Shown piece after piece: positions 19,685 through 29,773 of a stretch of DNA of 64,000 bases. This stretch comes from an uncultured Parabacteroides sp. (GTDB lineage: Bacteria; Bacteroidota; Bacteroidia; Bacteroidales; Tannerellaceae), in contig NZ_CABUOD010000024.1 in NCBI RefSeq assembly GCF_902493135.1, positions 5,585-69,584 of the forward strand, read 5' to 3'. How positions within the stretch are numbered: the first letter of the stretch is position 1; every line of letters begins with the position of its first letter. The notes under the pieces are model-generated. The model saw nothing but the letters and a program-made list of their open reading frames with translations. It was not told where the DNA came from and made no database searches. Both the position numbers and the translations under genes were made by a program.

Positions 19685-22600
19685 ATGAAAAATAACAAAA
19701 TGGCAAAAATTTGCCTGCTTTCTCTTTTGCCCAGCATCAGCGTTCTGGCAAGTGAGAACTCCATCACGGATCCTGCAACGAGCCTACGGGGAAAATCGGA
19801 CTCGGCAATCCCTGCACGTTTGCAACAAAATGGAAAGACCATCACAGGAGTCGTACAAGACGCACTCGGTCCTATAGCCGGTGCCAACATTATCGTAAAA
19901 GGAACGACAAACGGGAATATTACAGACATGGACGGTAAATTCACGCTTGAGAATGTGCCCGCAAACGCTACCCTCGTTATTTCCTACATCGGATTTACTC
20001 CACAGGAAATACGCGTAGGAAACCAGACCACTTTCAACATTACTCTCCAGGAAGACTCCGAAGCTCTGGACGAAGTAGTGGTAGTCGGCTACGGTGTCAT
20101 GAAGAAAAAAGACCTGACAGGAGCAGTTTCACAACTGAACAGCGGTTCGATGAAAGACCTCAAAGTGTCGCACCCGACAGAAGCGATGGCCGGAAAACTG
20201 GCCGGCGTACAGGTACAACAAGTCGGAGGGCAACCGGGACAAGCGGCCACAATCCGAGTACGCGGGTCCGGCTCTATCACGGCATCCAGCGCCCCGTTGT
20301 ATGTTGTCGACGGATATCCGCTGGGGGAACAAAACCTGAATGCCATCAACCCGAACGATATCGAATCGATCGAAGTATTGAAAGACGCTTCGGCAGCCGC
20401 CATCTACGGTTCTCGTGCAGCCAACGGTGTCGTATTGGTCACAACCAAATCGGGAAAGAGCGGTAAGGTCAGCGTGAGCCTGGATATCTATGCCGGTTTC
20501 CAGAACGTAACCAAGAAGATGGATCTGATGAACGCACAGGAATTTGTCGAATTCAGCCGGGAAGCCTTCAATAACAACTACATCAACAAGGTTCCGGGAG
20601 CATCCGCCAGCGACCCGTTGAGTATGCGTCCGTCCGGAAACCGTTATCGTTATCCGGCTATCTACGACGACGACGCCTATATCGCCTCCTTAGGGGCCGG
20701 TACGGATTGGCAGGACGAAATTTTCCGCACTTCACCCGTACAGAACTACCAGTTGACAGTAACAGGCGGCGACGAAAAGACTAAATATATGTTCTCGGCC
20801 GGCTATTTCAACCAGCAGGGTGTCGTGATCAACAGCGACTACGAACGGTTCTCGGCAAGGGCCAAAATCGACAGCGAACTGAACAGCTGGCTGAAGATGG
20901 GTGTCAACCTGGCTCCGACCTATATGAATTCGAACAAGACCACCCAGGGACACTGGGCAAGTGACGGTGTCATCAATGCGGCTCTGGCGACATCTCCCGT
21001 AGTACCGGTATATAATGAAGACGGTACATGGGCTTCACAGTCCATGTACGCCGTCGCCAGCGACGGGTTGACCGGTGTACCGAATGCTGTGGCCCTGACA
21101 CATATCCACAACTACGACACAGACCTCCGTCTGTTCAGCAACGGCTACATCGAACTTTCCTTGTTGAAAAACCTGAAACTGAAATCCACAATCGGTGCCG
21201 ACATCCGCGAATACAGAGGCGAATACTTCCGCCCGGCAACCATTCCGAACAACGGTAACGTGGCACCTCTTCCCTCAACGGAAAGAAAAGCAACGGAAAA
21301 GTCCATCGAGATCATTAACTGGCTAAACGAAAACACCGTCACCTACTTCGGATCATGGGACAAACATGAACTCGACGCTGTTGCCGGTGTCACTGCACAG
21401 AAAAATATCTACCGCTACACAAAATCGACAGGTTCCGATTTCCCGAACGACAAAATCCAGACCCTCAACAATGCGACGGTAAAAAGCAGCGAGTCGGAAC
21501 GGAAGACCTGGACGTTGCTCTCTTATCTGGCACGTGTGAACTATCGTTATAACAACAAGTACTACCTGACCGCATCCATTCGTGCGGACGGTTCTTCCCG
21601 CTTCGGCAAGAATAACCGCTATGGTTACTTCCCTTCCGGATCGGTAGCATGGCGTCTGTCCCAGGAAGACTTCCTGAAGGATTTGAAATGGTTGTCGGAC
21701 ATGAAGATCCGCGCAAGTTACGGTATCACGGGTAACAACAACATCGGCGACTATGCTTCCATCGGTATCATGGAAAATGCCAACTATGTATTGGGAACAG
21801 GTACGGGCAACATCGTAAACGGTGCAGCACAGAAGAGCTTCTCCAACGCCGACCTGACTTGGGAAAAGACACGCCAGACCGACCTCGGTTTCGAAATCTC
21901 CGTTTTGGACAGCCGTCTGTCCCTATCTCTGGACCTGTACTACCGCAAGACTACCGACCTGTTGATGGATGTAGACATCCCGACAATCACCGGGTTTGAT
22001 AAAGCCATGCAGAATATCGGGAAAATGCGTAACAAAGGTCTCGAAATCACTCTTAGCGGTACTCCCTTCAGAGGTAAAGACTTTACTTGGGATGCAACCG
22101 GAAATATCTCCGTCAACCGCAACAAGGTACTGGCGTTAGGACCGACAGGCGACCCGATCTTCAGCGATGGCGGCGCCGGAACGACCCACGTCACGATGGT
22201 GGGCCAACCGATCGGCGCATTCTACGGGTATAAGATGCTGGGAATCTTCAAAACGAAAGAAGAACTGGATGCATATCCTCACCTGGCCGACACGCAGGTA
22301 GGTGACGTTATGTTCGAAGACGTCAACGGAGATCATAAAATCGATGCCGATGACCGTACGATCATCGGTAACAATATGCCGGACTTCACCTGGGGTATGA
22401 CACACACCTTTACCTTCAAGAACTTCGATGCCAGCATCTCCCTGCAAGGGGTCGTCGGAAATGAAGTGCTACACTTGGGAAGACGTTTCTACACACAGGG
22501 AGAAGGTAACCAGAATCAGTTGAAGGAGATGATGGGACGCTGGCAGTCAGAAGCCAATCCGGGCAACGGATGGATTCCGAGAGCCAACTCGCAGCCGACC

Positions 22601-22885
22601 GGACAGAACAATGCCATTTCTTCCCGCTGGGTGGAAGACGGTTCTTTCCTGCGCGTCAACAACCTGACTGTCGGTTACACATTGCCTGAAGCATTCACCA
22701 AGAAATGCAGCCTCCAACGTGCACGCGTATATGTTTCCACGCAGAACCTGCTGACGATCACAAGTTATAGCGGCTACAACCCGGAAACAAGTTTCAAGGA
22801 AGACGAGGTGACAGCTCCCGGTACCGACTACGGTATGTACCCGCTGTATCGCACCTGTACTTTCGGTATTAACGTAACCTTTTAA
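19685..22885 (+). CDS. SusC/RagA family TonB-dependent receptor (no STN extension)
   Basis: Signal peptide, then directly a CarbopepD-like domain (ITGVVQDALGPIAGANIIVKGTTNGNITDMDGKF), a plug and a barrel ending in NVTF. The likely start is MKNNKMAKICLL at 19685; the ORF track starts at 19655. Confidence 0.9.
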   Translation: MKNNKMAKICLLSLLPSISVLASENSITDPATSLRGKSDSAIPARLQQNGKTITGVVQDALGPIAGANIIVKGTTNGNITDMDGKFTLENVPANATLVISYIGFTPQEIRVGNQTTFNITLQEDSEALDEVVVVGYGVMKKKDLTGAVSQLNSGSMKDLKVSHPTEAMAGKLAGVQVQQVGGQPGQAATIRVRGSGSITASSAPLYVVDGYPLGEQNLNAINPNDIESIEVLKDASAAAIYGSRAANGVVLVTTKSGKSGKVSVSLDIYAGFQNVTKKMDLMNAQEFVEFSREAFNNNYINKVPGASASDPLSMRPSGNRYRYPAIYDDDAYIASLGAGTDWQDEIFRTSPVQNYQLTVTGGDEKTKYMFSAGYFNQQGVVINSDYERFSARAKIDSELNSWLKMGVNLAPTYMNSNKTTQGHWASDGVINAALATSPVVPVYNEDGTWASQSMYAVASDGLTGVPNAVALTHIHNYDTDLRLFSNGYIELSLLKNLKLKSTIGADIREYRGEYFRPATIPNNGNVAPLPSTERKATEKSIEIINWLNENTVTYFGSWDKHELDAVAGVTAQKNIYRYTKSTGSDFPNDKIQTLNNATVKSSESERKTWTLLSYLARVNYRYNNKYYLTASIRADGSSRFGKNNRYGYFPSGSVAWRLSQEDFLKDLKWLSDMKIRASYGITGNNNIGDYASIGIMENANYVLGTGTGNIVNGAAQKSFSNADLTWEKTRQTDLGFEISVLDSRLSLSLDLYYRKTTDLLMDVDIPTITGFDKAMQNIGKMRNKGLEITLSGTPFRGKDFTWDATGNISVNRNKVLALGPTGDPIFSDGGAGTTHVTMVGQPIGAFYGYKMLGIFKTKEELDAYPHLADTQVGDVMFEDVNGDHKIDADDRTIIGNNMPDFTWGMTHTFTFKNFDASISLQGVVGNEVLHLGRRFYTQGEGNQNQLKEMMGRWQSEANPGNGWIPRANSQPTGQNNAISSRWVEDGSFLRVNNLTVGYTLPEAFTKKCSLQRARVYVSTQNLLTITSYSGYNPETSFKEDEVTAPGTDYGMYPLYRTCTFGINVTF

Positions 22886-22899
22886 ATAGCAGACGAATT

Positions 22900-24384
22900 A
22901 TGAAACTAAAATATAATCTGATCGCAATCGCTCTTTTAGGATTCAGCTTCTCATCCTGCAGCGACTTCCTAGAACAGAATCCGCAAACGGATTTAAGTGA
23001 AAACGATTTCTACAAAACGGCCGACGACATTCTTTCGGCAGTAAACGGAGCCTACTCTTCTCTACAGGAGAATGACATATACGGTAACTGGTATGTTTTC
23101 GGAGAAATTCCCTCCGACAATACCCGCAACCAGCTCTCCGGTTCGGTAACCACCCAGAACGAGTTCGACCAGTTCTACATCGACACACAGAACAGCATGA
23201 TCGCCAATTTCTGGAAAGCCGCCTACAAGACGATCAACCGTACCAATACGGTCTTAGGACGCATCGACGGTATCGAGATCAATGCCGAACTGGCAAACCG
23301 CTACAAATTGGAATGCAAGTTCATCCGCGCCCTGATGTACTTCAACCTGGTCCGCGTCTACGGCGATGTTCCCCTGGTCCTGAAAGAAATCGGCATCTCG
23401 GAATCTTACGACATCCTGCGCGAACCGAAAGAGAATGTTTACAACCAGATCATCTCCGACCTGAAAGAAGCGCAAGCTCTTCCCGTTTCCTATTCGACAG
23501 CCGAAGACGGGCGTGCCACCCAGGGAGCAGCCAAAGCATTATTGGCGGAGGTCTACATGACTTTGCATAAATATGCAGAGGCGGAAACCATCCTGGCCGA
23601 AATCATCAACAGCGGACGATACAGCTTGTTGGAAAACACGCCGGGCAGCCTGAACATCGACGGCTACAAAGATGTATTCAGCCCGATTAACCATAACAGC
23701 AAGGAAGGGATCTTTGAAATCCAGTTCCTGAAAGGCGGTTATGAAGAAGGTTCCAACTATACCAATAACTTCGCACCTGAAAATTCGGGGACGAACGTCG
23801 TGGCAGTCGGCGGTACGGGTGGTAATAATATTCCGGAAATGGATATCTACAATGCTTACGAAGAAGGCGACCTGCGCCGTGATTTCTCCATGTCCCTCGG
23901 ATATTACGATAACCGCAAGAACAACGAATGGGTGGAATCCCGCTATGTTTGCAAGTTCATGGACGTTCCTTATCAAAACAATGATGCCAGCAACAACTAT
24001 CCGGTGATCCGTTACGCCGATGTGATCCTGATGTATGCCGAAGCCCTGAACCAGAACGGAAAGACGGCAGAAGCCTGCAAGTATCTGAATATGACGCGCC
24101 GTCGCGGTTTCGGTTATCAGACGACAGAGACCAGTCCGGTCGACCTGCAGACAACCGACAAGGCTCAGTTCGCCCTGATGGTAGAACAGGAGCGCCGCGT
24201 GGAACTGGCTTTCGAAAACCATCGCTGGTTTGACCTGATCCGCACCGGACGCGCAGTCGAAGTAATGAAAAGTAAAGGATTCTCCCTGAACGAGACAAAC
24301 TTGATCTGCCCGATTCCGCAGAAACAGATCGATGTCAATCCGAAGCTGACGCAGAACGATTACAAGATCGAATCACGAAACTGA
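22900..24384 (+). CDS. SusD/RagB family lipoprotein
   Basis: Lipobox (LGFSFSSC), 494 aa, SusD motifs (FIRALMYFNLVRVYGDVP, IRYADVILMYAEA, HRWFDLIRTG). Confidence 0.9.
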   Translation: MKLKYNLIAIALLGFSFSSCSDFLEQNPQTDLSENDFYKTADDILSAVNGAYSSLQENDIYGNWYVFGEIPSDNTRNQLSGSVTTQNEFDQFYIDTQNSMIANFWKAAYKTINRTNTVLGRIDGIEINAELANRYKLECKFIRALMYFNLVRVYGDVPLVLKEIGISESYDILREPKENVYNQIISDLKEAQALPVSYSTAEDGRATQGAAKALLAEVYMTLHKYAEAETILAEIINSGRYSLLENTPGSLNIDGYKDVFSPINHNSKEGIFEIQFLKGGYEEGSNYTNNFAPENSGTNVVAVGGTGGNNIPEMDIYNAYEEGDLRRDFSMSLGYYDNRKNNEWVESRYVCKFMDVPYQNNDASNNYPVIRYADVILMYAEALNQNGKTAEACKYLNMTRRRGFGYQTTETSPVDLQTTDKAQFALMVEQERRVELAFENHRWFDLIRTGRAVEVMKSKGFSLNETNLICPIPQKQIDVNPKLTQNDYKIESRN

Positions 24385-24420
24385 CAGACCGACAACGCAT
24401 CCTGACAGATGTTCAAAACG

Positions 24421-24508
24421 ACACCAAGATGTCAACGGCTATGACATCTTGGTGTCTCCCACTGCCGGCATCTTGATGTCTCTGCCACTGGCATCAAGAT
24501 GTCGTTTT
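24421..24508 (+). terminator. Two tandem hairpins after susD; the second has a T-run
   Basis: Hairpin 1 is ACACCAAGATGTCA / TGACATCTTGGTGT (24421-24455). Hairpin 2 is GGCATCTTGATGTC / GGCATCAAGATGTC (24467-24503, 10-bp core), followed by TTTT. Confidence 0.55.
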
Positions 24509-24533
24509 AAGGCTGCCAAGCTCTCCTTTTTAT

Positions 24534-24541
24534 TATATTTG
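24534..24541 (+). promoter_or_regulatory. Candidate -7 promoter box (TATATTTG) for the GH92 gene
   Basis: Perfect TAnnTTTG match 23 nt upstream of the ATG at 24564. Confidence 0.45.
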
Positions 24542-24563
24542 TACCATCAATAATTCTAATGAC

Positions 24564-26849
24564 ATGAAGACCTGGACAATTTTATTAAGTACATTGTGTT
24601 TATTCTCATGTAACCAACAGGAAAACAAATACGAAAAGTATGTTAACCCTCTGATCGGTACGGATATCCGCATCGTACAGGGAAAAGACAAGAACTCGAC
24701 GGAAGAGCGCGGACAAATCATGCCGGCTGTCGGGGTTCCGCACGGTATGACCAACTGGGTGGCACAGACACAGGCGACCGAACAGAAATGCCATCCCCCC
24801 TACTATTATTTCCAAGACGCGATCCAGGGATTCCGGGCCAGCCACTGGATGAACGGTTCCTGCACACAAGACTACGGCAGCGTCACGATCATGCCGCTGA
24901 GCAACAAGCTCGAAACAGACCCGGTCAAACGCGCCTCCTCTTTCGACCACGCCCAGGAGAGTGCCACTCCCTCCTATTATTCAGTCAAACTGAACGACTA
25001 CGCGATCCATGCCGAACTGACCGGACTCTCCCGCGCCGGCATCATGCAATTCAGCTTCGAGCAGGATGGCGACCACTATATCGTGATCGAGCCCAACAGC
25101 GACGAAGGGGTCGCCTTCGTCGAGATCGATCCGGAAAAGAAAGAAATTACCGGCTATAACCCCGTACACCGCATCTATCAGGGTTACGGCAAAGAAGCCG
25201 GATTCAGCGGACATTTCGTGATCCGGCTGAATGAAGAGATTGCCGACTATGGCGTCTGGGACAGCACCACGATCACGCCCGGACGGAAATCGGCAAAAGG
25301 ACAAAAACACGCTGTCGGAGCCTGGGTAAAGCTGGCCTCCGGCAAGCCGGGGAAGACACTGGTCAAGGTTGCCACTTCTTTTACGAGCATCGACAATGCC
25401 CGCAAGAACCTGGCTGCCGAAATTCCGGGATGGAACTTCGACGAGGTACGACAGACTTCATCCGACACCTGGAACCAGGCACTGGGCCAGATCGCAGTAA
25501 AAGGGAACAACGAAGAAGAAAAGGTCAAATTCTATTCGGCTCTCTACAACGCGCATTTCCTGCCCCGCACGTTCAGCGACGTGGACGGCTCCTATCCGAA
25601 ATTCGATGGCGGCGGACAGATTATGAAGATGGACCACGGGACCTACTATTGCGACTTCTCGCAATGGGATACTTATCGGGCCGTTCATCCTCTGTTCTCC
25701 ATCCTCAACCCTTCCCGCAACGGGGACATGGCGCATTCGCTCGTATTAAAAGGACAGCAGGGGGGCTGGTTGCCCATCTTCCCGTCCTGGAACAGCTACA
25801 CGGCTGCCATGATCGGTGACCATTGCATCGCCATGATCGGAGACGCCATCGTCAAAGATGCTCCGGGCTTCGACTATGAAGAGGCTTACACGCTGATGCG
25901 CAAAAACGCTTTCGAGGCCAATCCGGATCCCGACAGCTACCGGGACGGGAAAGGCCGCCGGGCAATGGAATCTTACCTGAAATACAACTACGTGCCGTTA
26001 GAAGATCCCGTAATGGAAGCATTCCACCGCCGTGAACAGGTCTCCCGTACACTGGAATATGCCTATGACGATTTCGTCCTTGCCGAGGTTGCCAAGAAAT
26101 TAGGCAAGACAGACGATTATAAAGCGCTCATCAAACGGGCGGAAAACTACCGGAACGTGATCGACCCCGAAACAGGCTATGCCCGTGGACGCCATGCCGA
26201 CGGAACTTGGATCGAACCGTTCGATCCGTTTGCCTCCACTTCGTTTATCTGTGAAGGGACGCCTTACCACTACACCTGGTATGCGCCTCAGGACATAGCC
26301 GGGCTGATCCGGCACATGGGCGGAAAAGAACGCTTCATCAACCGCTTGGATACCTTCTTCGAAGGAGAGTATTACTGGCACGGCAACGAGCCGGGACACC
26401 ATATCGCCTATCTTTTCGCTTATGCCGGCGAACCATGGAAGACGCAAAAATGGGTGCATGACATCATCCACCGAGAGTATTTCACGACCCCCGACGGGCT
26501 TTCCGGCAACGACGATGCCGGGCAGATGTCATCCTGGCTGGTCTTCAGCATGGTCGGCTTCTATCCGGTCTGTCCGGGCATGCCCTATTACGTGATCGGC
26601 AGCCCGTCATTTGAAGAAAGCGTGATCACACTCGAAAACGGCAAGAAGTTCACGATCGAAGCCAAAGGGGCATCGGACAGGAATATCTATATCCAGTCCG
26701 CCACACTCAACGGCCAGCCATACGACAAGAGCTATATCCTCCACACGGACATCATGAACGGAGGCAAACTCTCGTTTGTCATGGGCGATACTCCCAACAA
26801 AGAATGGGCCTCTTCCACCGGATCGCTTCCTCCTTCACTTGGCTTATAA
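24564..26849 (+). CDS. Glycoside hydrolase family 92 (alpha-mannosidase)
   Basis: 761 aa, lipoprotein-like signal (LFSC), GH92 hallmark GNDDAGQMSSWLVFSMVGFYPVCPG and YDDFVLAEVAK. Confidence 0.9.
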   Translation: MKTWTILLSTLCLFSCNQQENKYEKYVNPLIGTDIRIVQGKDKNSTEERGQIMPAVGVPHGMTNWVAQTQATEQKCHPPYYYFQDAIQGFRASHWMNGSCTQDYGSVTIMPLSNKLETDPVKRASSFDHAQESATPSYYSVKLNDYAIHAELTGLSRAGIMQFSFEQDGDHYIVIEPNSDEGVAFVEIDPEKKEITGYNPVHRIYQGYGKEAGFSGHFVIRLNEEIADYGVWDSTTITPGRKSAKGQKHAVGAWVKLASGKPGKTLVKVATSFTSIDNARKNLAAEIPGWNFDEVRQTSSDTWNQALGQIAVKGNNEEEKVKFYSALYNAHFLPRTFSDVDGSYPKFDGGGQIMKMDHGTYYCDFSQWDTYRAVHPLFSILNPSRNGDMAHSLVLKGQQGGWLPIFPSWNSYTAAMIGDHCIAMIGDAIVKDAPGFDYEEAYTLMRKNAFEANPDPDSYRDGKGRRAMESYLKYNYVPLEDPVMEAFHRREQVSRTLEYAYDDFVLAEVAKKLGKTDDYKALIKRAENYRNVIDPETGYARGRHADGTWIEPFDPFASTSFICEGTPYHYTWYAPQDIAGLIRHMGGKERFINRLDTFFEGEYYWHGNEPGHHIAYLFAYAGEPWKTQKWVHDIIHREYFTTPDGLSGNDDAGQMSSWLVFSMVGFYPVCPGMPYYVIGSPSFEESVITLENGKKFTIEAKGASDRNIYIQSATLNGQPYDKSYILHTDIMNGGKLSFVMGDTPNKEWASSTGSLPPSLGL

Positions 26850-26859
26850 CGAACGACAT

Positions 26860-27357
26860 ATGAAAAGAATCATTCACATACTCCTGCTCTGCCTTGCCGT
26901 CCTGTCGGCAAAGGCAGAGCAGGATGCACCCGTCAGATTAGGAATCATCGGGCTAACCCACTCGCATGTGGGAGGTGTTTTAAACGATAAAAACAAACCT
27001 TATATCATAGTCGGCATTGTCGAACCTGACAAGCAATTGGCGGAACGTATGTCCAAACGGTTCGGCTTCAGCATGGAAATCGTATATTCCACTATGCAGG
27101 AACTTTACGACCAACAACATCCAGAAGCCGTCGCTTGCTTCAACGCGACCTATTATCATCAGGACGTCGTCCGGTTCTTCGCACCCAAAAAGATTCACAT
27201 CATGGTCGAGAAACCGTTCTCCTATTTCTGCGCAGTGGTAAAAGGGATCGCAGAAGAAGATCCCCAATCCACCTTACAGAATAATCTGATCGTGATGGAA
27301 ATTCTCGATGCAGCGAAAGAATCAGCAAGTACCGGAAAAATAATCTATCTGAAATAA
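26860..27357 (+). CDS. Gfo/Idh/MocA-like oxidoreductase, apparently internally deleted (possible pseudogene)
   Basis: Signal peptide plus a Rossmann N-terminus (VRLGIIGLTHSHV ... IHIMVEKP). This runs straight into what looks like the extreme C-terminus of the family (NNLIVMEILDAAKESASTGKIIYLK). The ORF is 165 aa where ~330 would be expected. The start is taken at MKRIIH (26860). Confidence 0.5.
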   Translation: MKRIIHILLLCLAVLSAKAEQDAPVRLGIIGLTHSHVGGVLNDKNKPYIIVGIVEPDKQLAERMSKRFGFSMEIVYSTMQELYDQQHPEAVACFNATYYHQDVVRFFAPKKIHIMVEKPFSYFCAVVKGIAEEDPQSTLQNNLIVMEILDAAKESASTGKIIYLK

Positions 27358-27409
27358 ATAGATCTAATCCTTTAGATTTTTACTATATTTACGCTCTAAT
27401 CGATAGGGT

Positions 27410-27979
27410 ATGATGGAATATTCAGAAGATTTAAAGGCTTTCAATCAATTATTCGCAGATTATCAAGGACGGTTCATCCGCTTTGCTAATATGTATGTGA
27501 GGGATATGGCCGTAGCCGAAGATTTCACCATAGAGGCATTGATGCAATACTGGGAAAACCGGAACACGCTGAAGGCCGGTTCCAATGTCCCGGCCTATAT
27601 ACTCACGATCATCAAAAACAAATGCCTCAACTACCTGCAACATTTACAAGTCAGGGAAGATGCCAGCGAACACCTGAAGAACCATGCCGAATGGGAACTG
27701 AACACCCGTATCTCCACCCTCGAAGCCTGCAACCCGGAAGAACTGTTTACAGCCGAGGCGCAGGAGATCGTGAACAAGACATTGGCCACCCTGCCCGAAC
27801 AGACCCGCCGTATCTTCATCATGAGCCGTTACGAGAACAAACCCTACAAAGAAATAGCAGAAACGCTCGGCATGACTACCAAAGGCGTGGAATACCATAT
27901 CACCCAGGCCCTGAAAAAGCTACACGACAACCTGAAAGATTACATGCCGCTGTTAGTATTCTTATCCTACATGGATTGA
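27410..27979 (+). CDS. ECF-type RNA polymerase sigma-70 factor (orphan, no adjacent FecR)
   Basis: Region 2 (AEDFTIEALMQYWEN) and region 4 (LPEQTRRIFIMSRYENKPYKEIAETLGMTTKGVEYHITQALKKL). Confidence 0.88.
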   Translation: MMEYSEDLKAFNQLFADYQGRFIRFANMYVRDMAVAEDFTIEALMQYWENRNTLKAGSNVPAYILTIIKNKCLNYLQHLQVREDASEHLKNHAEWELNTRISTLEACNPEELFTAEAQEIVNKTLATLPEQTRRIFIMSRYENKPYKEIAETLGMTTKGVEYHITQALKKLHDNLKDYMPLLVFLSYMD

Positions 27980-28013
27980 TCCGGGCTTTCCACCCACACG
28001 CGACAACCGGGTT

Positions 28014-28394
28014 TTATCGAATCACCTCGATGAGGTTGCCGTCCGGATCCAAGACTGCCCCTTCATAGTAGCCGTCACCCGTGGTACGCGGCTCGCCTGC
28101 GATCTTGTAACCGTCCGAACGGAACCGTTCGATCATGGCATCCACCTTCTCTTTCGATCCGGTAGAAAAGGCAAAATGGGCAAGACCGATGAACACGTCT
28201 GCCGTTTCCCTCGTTATATCGGTCCGCTGCATGATTTCAAGCGATGTCCCTCCCTCGAAGGTGACGAAATAAGAGGCAAAGCCTTTCTTCGGATTCACAT
28301 ACTTCTCGTTGCTTTTCCCGTTGAAATACTTGATATAGAAATCACGCGAACGTTCCAGTTCGTTCGTCCAGATAGCGATATGAGTCAATTGCAT
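28014..28394 (-). CDS. VOC family protein (glyoxalase/bleomycin-resistance fold)
   Basis: 126 aa; HIAIWTNELERSRDFY at the N-terminus, HFAF in the middle, DPDGNLIEV at the C-terminus. It lies 9 nt downstream of sufD on the same strand. Confidence 0.8.
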   Translation of the reverse strand: MQLTHIAIWTNELERSRDFYIKYFNGKSNEKYVNPKKGFASYFVTFEGGTSLEIMQRTDITRETADVFIGLAHFAFSTGSKEKVDAMIERFRSDGYKIAGEPRTTGDGYYEGAVLDPDGNLIEVIR

Positions 28395-28403
28395 ATGTTA
28401 TTC

Positions 28404-29747
28404 TTATTTGCAAATCCGGCAACCGGCGCATCTCGCCAGTTCTCCGCGGAAACGTTTTTCTACTAATTTGTGCAGGCGGTCTTTCAAGGCATCCAGACGT
28501 ACATAGTCGATCACGTCCGAAGTGAAAGCTACGCTCAACAACATGCGTGCCTCGTCGCGGGGAATGCCACGGCTCTGCATATAGAACAAGGCGTTTTCGT
28601 CCAACTGCCCGGTGGTCATGCCATGCGAGCATTTCACATCGTCGGCATAGATTTCCAACTGGGGCTTGCTGTACATGCGGGCTTCACGGGTCGCACAAAG
28701 ATTGCGGTTCGTCTGATAGGCTGCTGTCTTCTGTGCGTCTTCCTTCACTAAGATACGGCCGCTGAACGCACCGGTCGCATGGTCGTCCAAGACATTCTTG
28801 AACAGTTCGTTGCTGGTGCAATGAGGTACGGCATGCGTAATATGGCTGTATGTGTCCAGTTGCTGTTCCTTGTCCAGGATGGACATACCGCACAAGGTCG
28901 CTTCAGCCTGTTCACCGTTCAGTTCGATATAATAGTTGTTGCGGGTAAGGCCGTTATTCAGCGTAATGCCGTTCACCAAGACGTTACTTCCCGCTTCCTG
29001 CTTCACATGCACGGAGGCAAAACGGGTAGTCGACACACTGCTCTCTTCGAGGTCGTAATAATCGAAGAAGGCGCCTTTGCCCGCAAAGATCTCGACCACC
29101 TGCGTAGCCAGGAACTTGACATCGTCGATGCTATGGTCACACACCAGCAGCTTGGCTTCCGAACGAGGCTCCATAATCACCAGAATACGGCGATTCGCCA
29201 TCGTGTCCACATCGCTGCGGAAGATATTCACCAACTGGACCGGACGCTCCACTACGACACCTTCCGGCACGTAGAGCACAAAGCCGTCCTGAGCCAGCAT
29301 CGTGTTCAAGGCGATGATGCCATCCTTACCGCTCGGAGCCGCCTTGCCGTAATAGCGGGAGGCCACTTCAGGGTATTTCTCCATGAAAGTACGCATTCCC
29401 CCGGCATAAACTCCTTCAGGAAGATGGGCTTTGGGCAACACCTTGTCGTAGAAAGTGTCGTTCACCACAAAATAAAGCGAGGTACTCAGATTGGGAACAT
29501 CGCAACGGAACACGTCATAGGGGTTGACCGGTATGTCGAGGCGATTGATATTCACCCCATAGTCCGGGGCAAAAGCCTGCGCCACATCCGTATATTTATA
29601 ATCTTCACTCTTCACCTGCGGAAACCCCAGCCGCTCCAAATCAGCCAAAGCCTTCGCACGCGGTGCATTCATCACGCTTGCCGCATGCTTACATATCAGC
29701 GATTCACACTGCGTAAAGAGGTCTATATATTGTTGTTCTGCTTTCAT
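28404..29747 (-). CDS. sufD: Fe-S cluster assembly protein SufD
   Basis: 447 aa with a SufB/SufD beta-helix C-terminal pattern (QLEIYADDVKCSHGMTTGQLDENALFYMQSRGI), in a suf gene context. Confidence 0.93.
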   Translation of the reverse strand: MKAEQQYIDLFTQCESLICKHAASVMNAPRAKALADLERLGFPQVKSEDYKYTDVAQAFAPDYGVNINRLDIPVNPYDVFRCDVPNLSTSLYFVVNDTFYDKVLPKAHLPEGVYAGGMRTFMEKYPEVASRYYGKAAPSGKDGIIALNTMLAQDGFVLYVPEGVVVERPVQLVNIFRSDVDTMANRRILVIMEPRSEAKLLVCDHSIDDVKFLATQVVEIFAGKGAFFDYYDLEESSVSTTRFASVHVKQEAGSNVLVNGITLNNGLTRNNYYIELNGEQAEATLCGMSILDKEQQLDTYSHITHAVPHCTSNELFKNVLDDHATGAFSGRILVKEDAQKTAAYQTNRNLCATREARMYSKPQLEIYADDVKCSHGMTTGQLDENALFYMQSRGIPRDEARMLLSVAFTSDVIDYVRLDALKDRLHKLVEKRFRGELARCAGCRICK

Positions 29748-29773
29748 GTGCTATTTAATTATTACCTGTAATA

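Noticed and set aside
28779-29771. Long antisense ORFs in the six-frame track. Examples: 330 aa opposite sufD; also 42608-43900 opposite the DUF3868 gene, 60780-61946 opposite the hybrid kinase, 12779-13579 opposite SusC, 54630-55496 opposite a pilin, and 34368-35436 opposite infB.
   Set aside because: Each lies fully inside a confidently identified gene on the other strand. Their composition is low-complexity and biased toward R, H, V and D. They have no recognisable motifs. They are typical shadow ORFs of moderately GC-rich coding sequence.
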